Source: Enoplolaimus lenunculus | Lineage: Eukaryota | DNA: 64,000 bases | Reading direction: 5' to 3' | Assembly (NCBI GenBank): GCA_030248215.1 | Contig: JASANG010002859.1 | Coordinates: 186,001-250,000, forward strand | In this document: in pieces, positions 62,220 through 64,000 of the stretch | Layout of the letters: each line of letters opens with the position of its first letter | Position numbering within the stretch: the stretch's first letter is position 1 | Notes under the pieces: model-generated | What the model saw: the letters and a program-made list of their open reading frames with translations, nothing else | The model's database searches: none | Told to the model about the DNA's origin: nothing | Translations under genes and position numbers: made by a program

Positions 62220-62657
62220 CAGGCTGCGACCGGATATCTGGTTACGGTTTAATATCCGGCAAACCCGACATTCATATGCGAGCCGGCAAACCCGATATTC
62301 GTATCCGGTTCCGGTATAAAACTAGCGGATGCTGGATATTGACGGTTGTGGTCCCGAATACCATAAAACAGCTTTTTTTGACCCGTGGACATATTTATTC
62401 AACACGTTGCTGCAATTACCTTTCTGGGCACTTAAAGCTGTTAAGTATTTTATCACTAGAATTAGAATGAAAAATCCAAACTAACAATTAACTTTAATTC
62501 TGTAAATAAAAACGTAAACCTTTTGTGCGACTCAACTACTGCCAACAGTATTCATATTTTCACGCTATATCCAGTTATAATATCCGGTTTCTGTAAAAAA
62601 ATTCAATATCCGGCTCTAGTTTCAGTATCCGGCGCATTAATATCCGGTCGCATCCTG
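62220..62657. mobile_element. hAT-like MITE with ATCCGG subterminal repeats
   Basis: CAGGCTGCGACCGGATA...TATCCGGTCGCATCCTG TIRs; no clear TSD. Confidence 0.65.
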
Positions 62658-62925
62658 CTCAAGTGTCACTGAGCTCGTATATGCATGTTTTACTTCACTG
62701 TAATTTCAGCTATAGAGTTTTCAACATTGTCCACAAAAGTGGCTTCACACGATAGCTGTACAGAGAACCCAGACCGTCCGAATTGTTGACTCTCTTTTGA
62801 AAAGGTGACACTAATTTCTTTGACCACTCCAAAACCTCACAAACCGGTAAATAACAATCCACAAGGTTAAGTGCCATTAAGTCACAGGTTTAATACATGC
62901 TTCTTCAATCATTACAGATAAAAAT

Positions 62926-63072
62926 GGCCCATGTTACTTTAAGGGGCGTCCAGGTTTCTGGTGGGTCTATAAAAGAGTAGGTTTTAGATTCTAGATTAAA
63001 TGGTTTTAGGCTTAGGTTTAGGCTTAGGAATACGGTTAATCTACTGGTACGCCACATAAAGTAACATTGACC
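62926..63072. mobile_element. Merlin-like MITE family B
   Basis: TIRs intact; TSD degenerate (GATAAAAAT/GATATAAT). Confidence 0.82.
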
Positions 63073-64000
63073 GATATAATAATGGTATCTGTGTATCACA
63101 ATTCACCGCCGAATGATTGGCACCTACAGGGATCAGGGATTAACGAAACGGGATCGATCTCGATGAGACTCCGGACGACAATTTGCCGTAGGTGGTGGAG
63201 TTTAAAATTCTTAGCAATCACATCCGTGCAAAATTCAATAGGTATCAATGCTATAAAAGCCATATAAGGGTAATTGTGCTGCAAACATCAAACAGCCAAC
63301 GACCATTTTAAATCATCAAATTCAACAATAAAACAGCTCGATTAACCCATAATATAATTATGACGCAGTTCAACAAGGTTGGTCAGGGTTTGACTCATAC
63401 CACAAAATCTCACATTACCAATAACTCAGCATCGTGAATCATTCGGCCTGATTTAATTTAAAATATAATTTAATTTGTATACTTATTCAATAAGTGAACA
63501 CGCTTAGGTGTAGTAATTAGGTAATCAAATTTGTGGCGGAGGTATGGAATCTGGACCTCCCGTAGGATTTTGATAAAACGTGGTCGATACTATAGATCTC
63601 GACGAGCTGACTTCAACGGTACCATATTTATGGCTGCATGACCAACGGTTCAGAAGTTTTGGTGCTCGAAATTATAGTGCTAACTCGCACAGATTGGAAC
63701 AGGAAGTATTTATCATTCATGTGTTCGTAAAATATAAGCCTAACCAGATTTATTCCTTACACAAATTTGACTGCTGTTTGTACATGTTTTATATGGTAAA
63801 AAGTTAAAATTTAAAGGATCATATGAACCGAGGACCCTACAGCGTTTTAAAATGTCACCGTTGAACTCAACGCGTAGAAATCTATAAAATGAACTAAAAT
63901 TGATTTGCACAATAATTATTTGCCAACACCCTATTTCCAAACTATAAATTAAACTAGGTTTATATAGTATACGAACAAAGCTGTGTGAGCGTGTGCCGAA

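Noticed and set aside
63096..63284. Possible upstream DUSP exon
   Set aside because: An acceptor-like site exists but the translation lacks any rhodanese/KIM similarity.
1..64000. Autonomous transposase or retroelement ORF
   Set aside because: No DDE, RT or Rep-helicase motifs were recognised in any ORF, so superfamily calls rest on termini and TSDs only.

Overview
Eukaryotic, AT-rich, intron- and transposon-dense DNA. It is most likely from a nematode, inferred from TTAGGC telomere-type repeats and a nematode-style astacin-EGF-CUB protease. Three multi-exon genes can be reconstructed with GT-AG introns and consistent phases. (1) Minus-strand astacin metalloprotease: 11 exons at 17847-83, running off the left edge. 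(2) Complete plus-strand Myt1/WEE-1.3 membrane-anchored CDK-inhibitory kinase: 15 exons at 21664-31106, 721 aa. (3) Minus-strand DUSP8/16 (VHP-1)-type MAPK phosphatase with a very large low-complexity tail: 5 exons at 45928-35243; its 5' rhodanese exons were not found in the window. Introns and intergenic DNA are filled with non-autonomous DNA transposons, classified here by termini and target-site duplications (TSDs): Merlin-like, hAT-like, PIF/Harbinger-like, Tc1/mariner-like, piggyBac-like, CACT-type and Helentron-like. The most striking signal is about 17 GGCC-terminated, 8-bp-TSD (Merlin-like) miniature elements carrying expandable G-rich tandem arrays: telomeric TTAGGC arrays in two families and a GGGACAGWT G-quadruplex-type minisatellite in a third. 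Other notable structures are a piggyBac-like MITE carrying a tRNA-derived Pol III A/B box and a four-layer nested insertion. No autonomous transposase, rRNA, intact tRNA or CRISPR was found.
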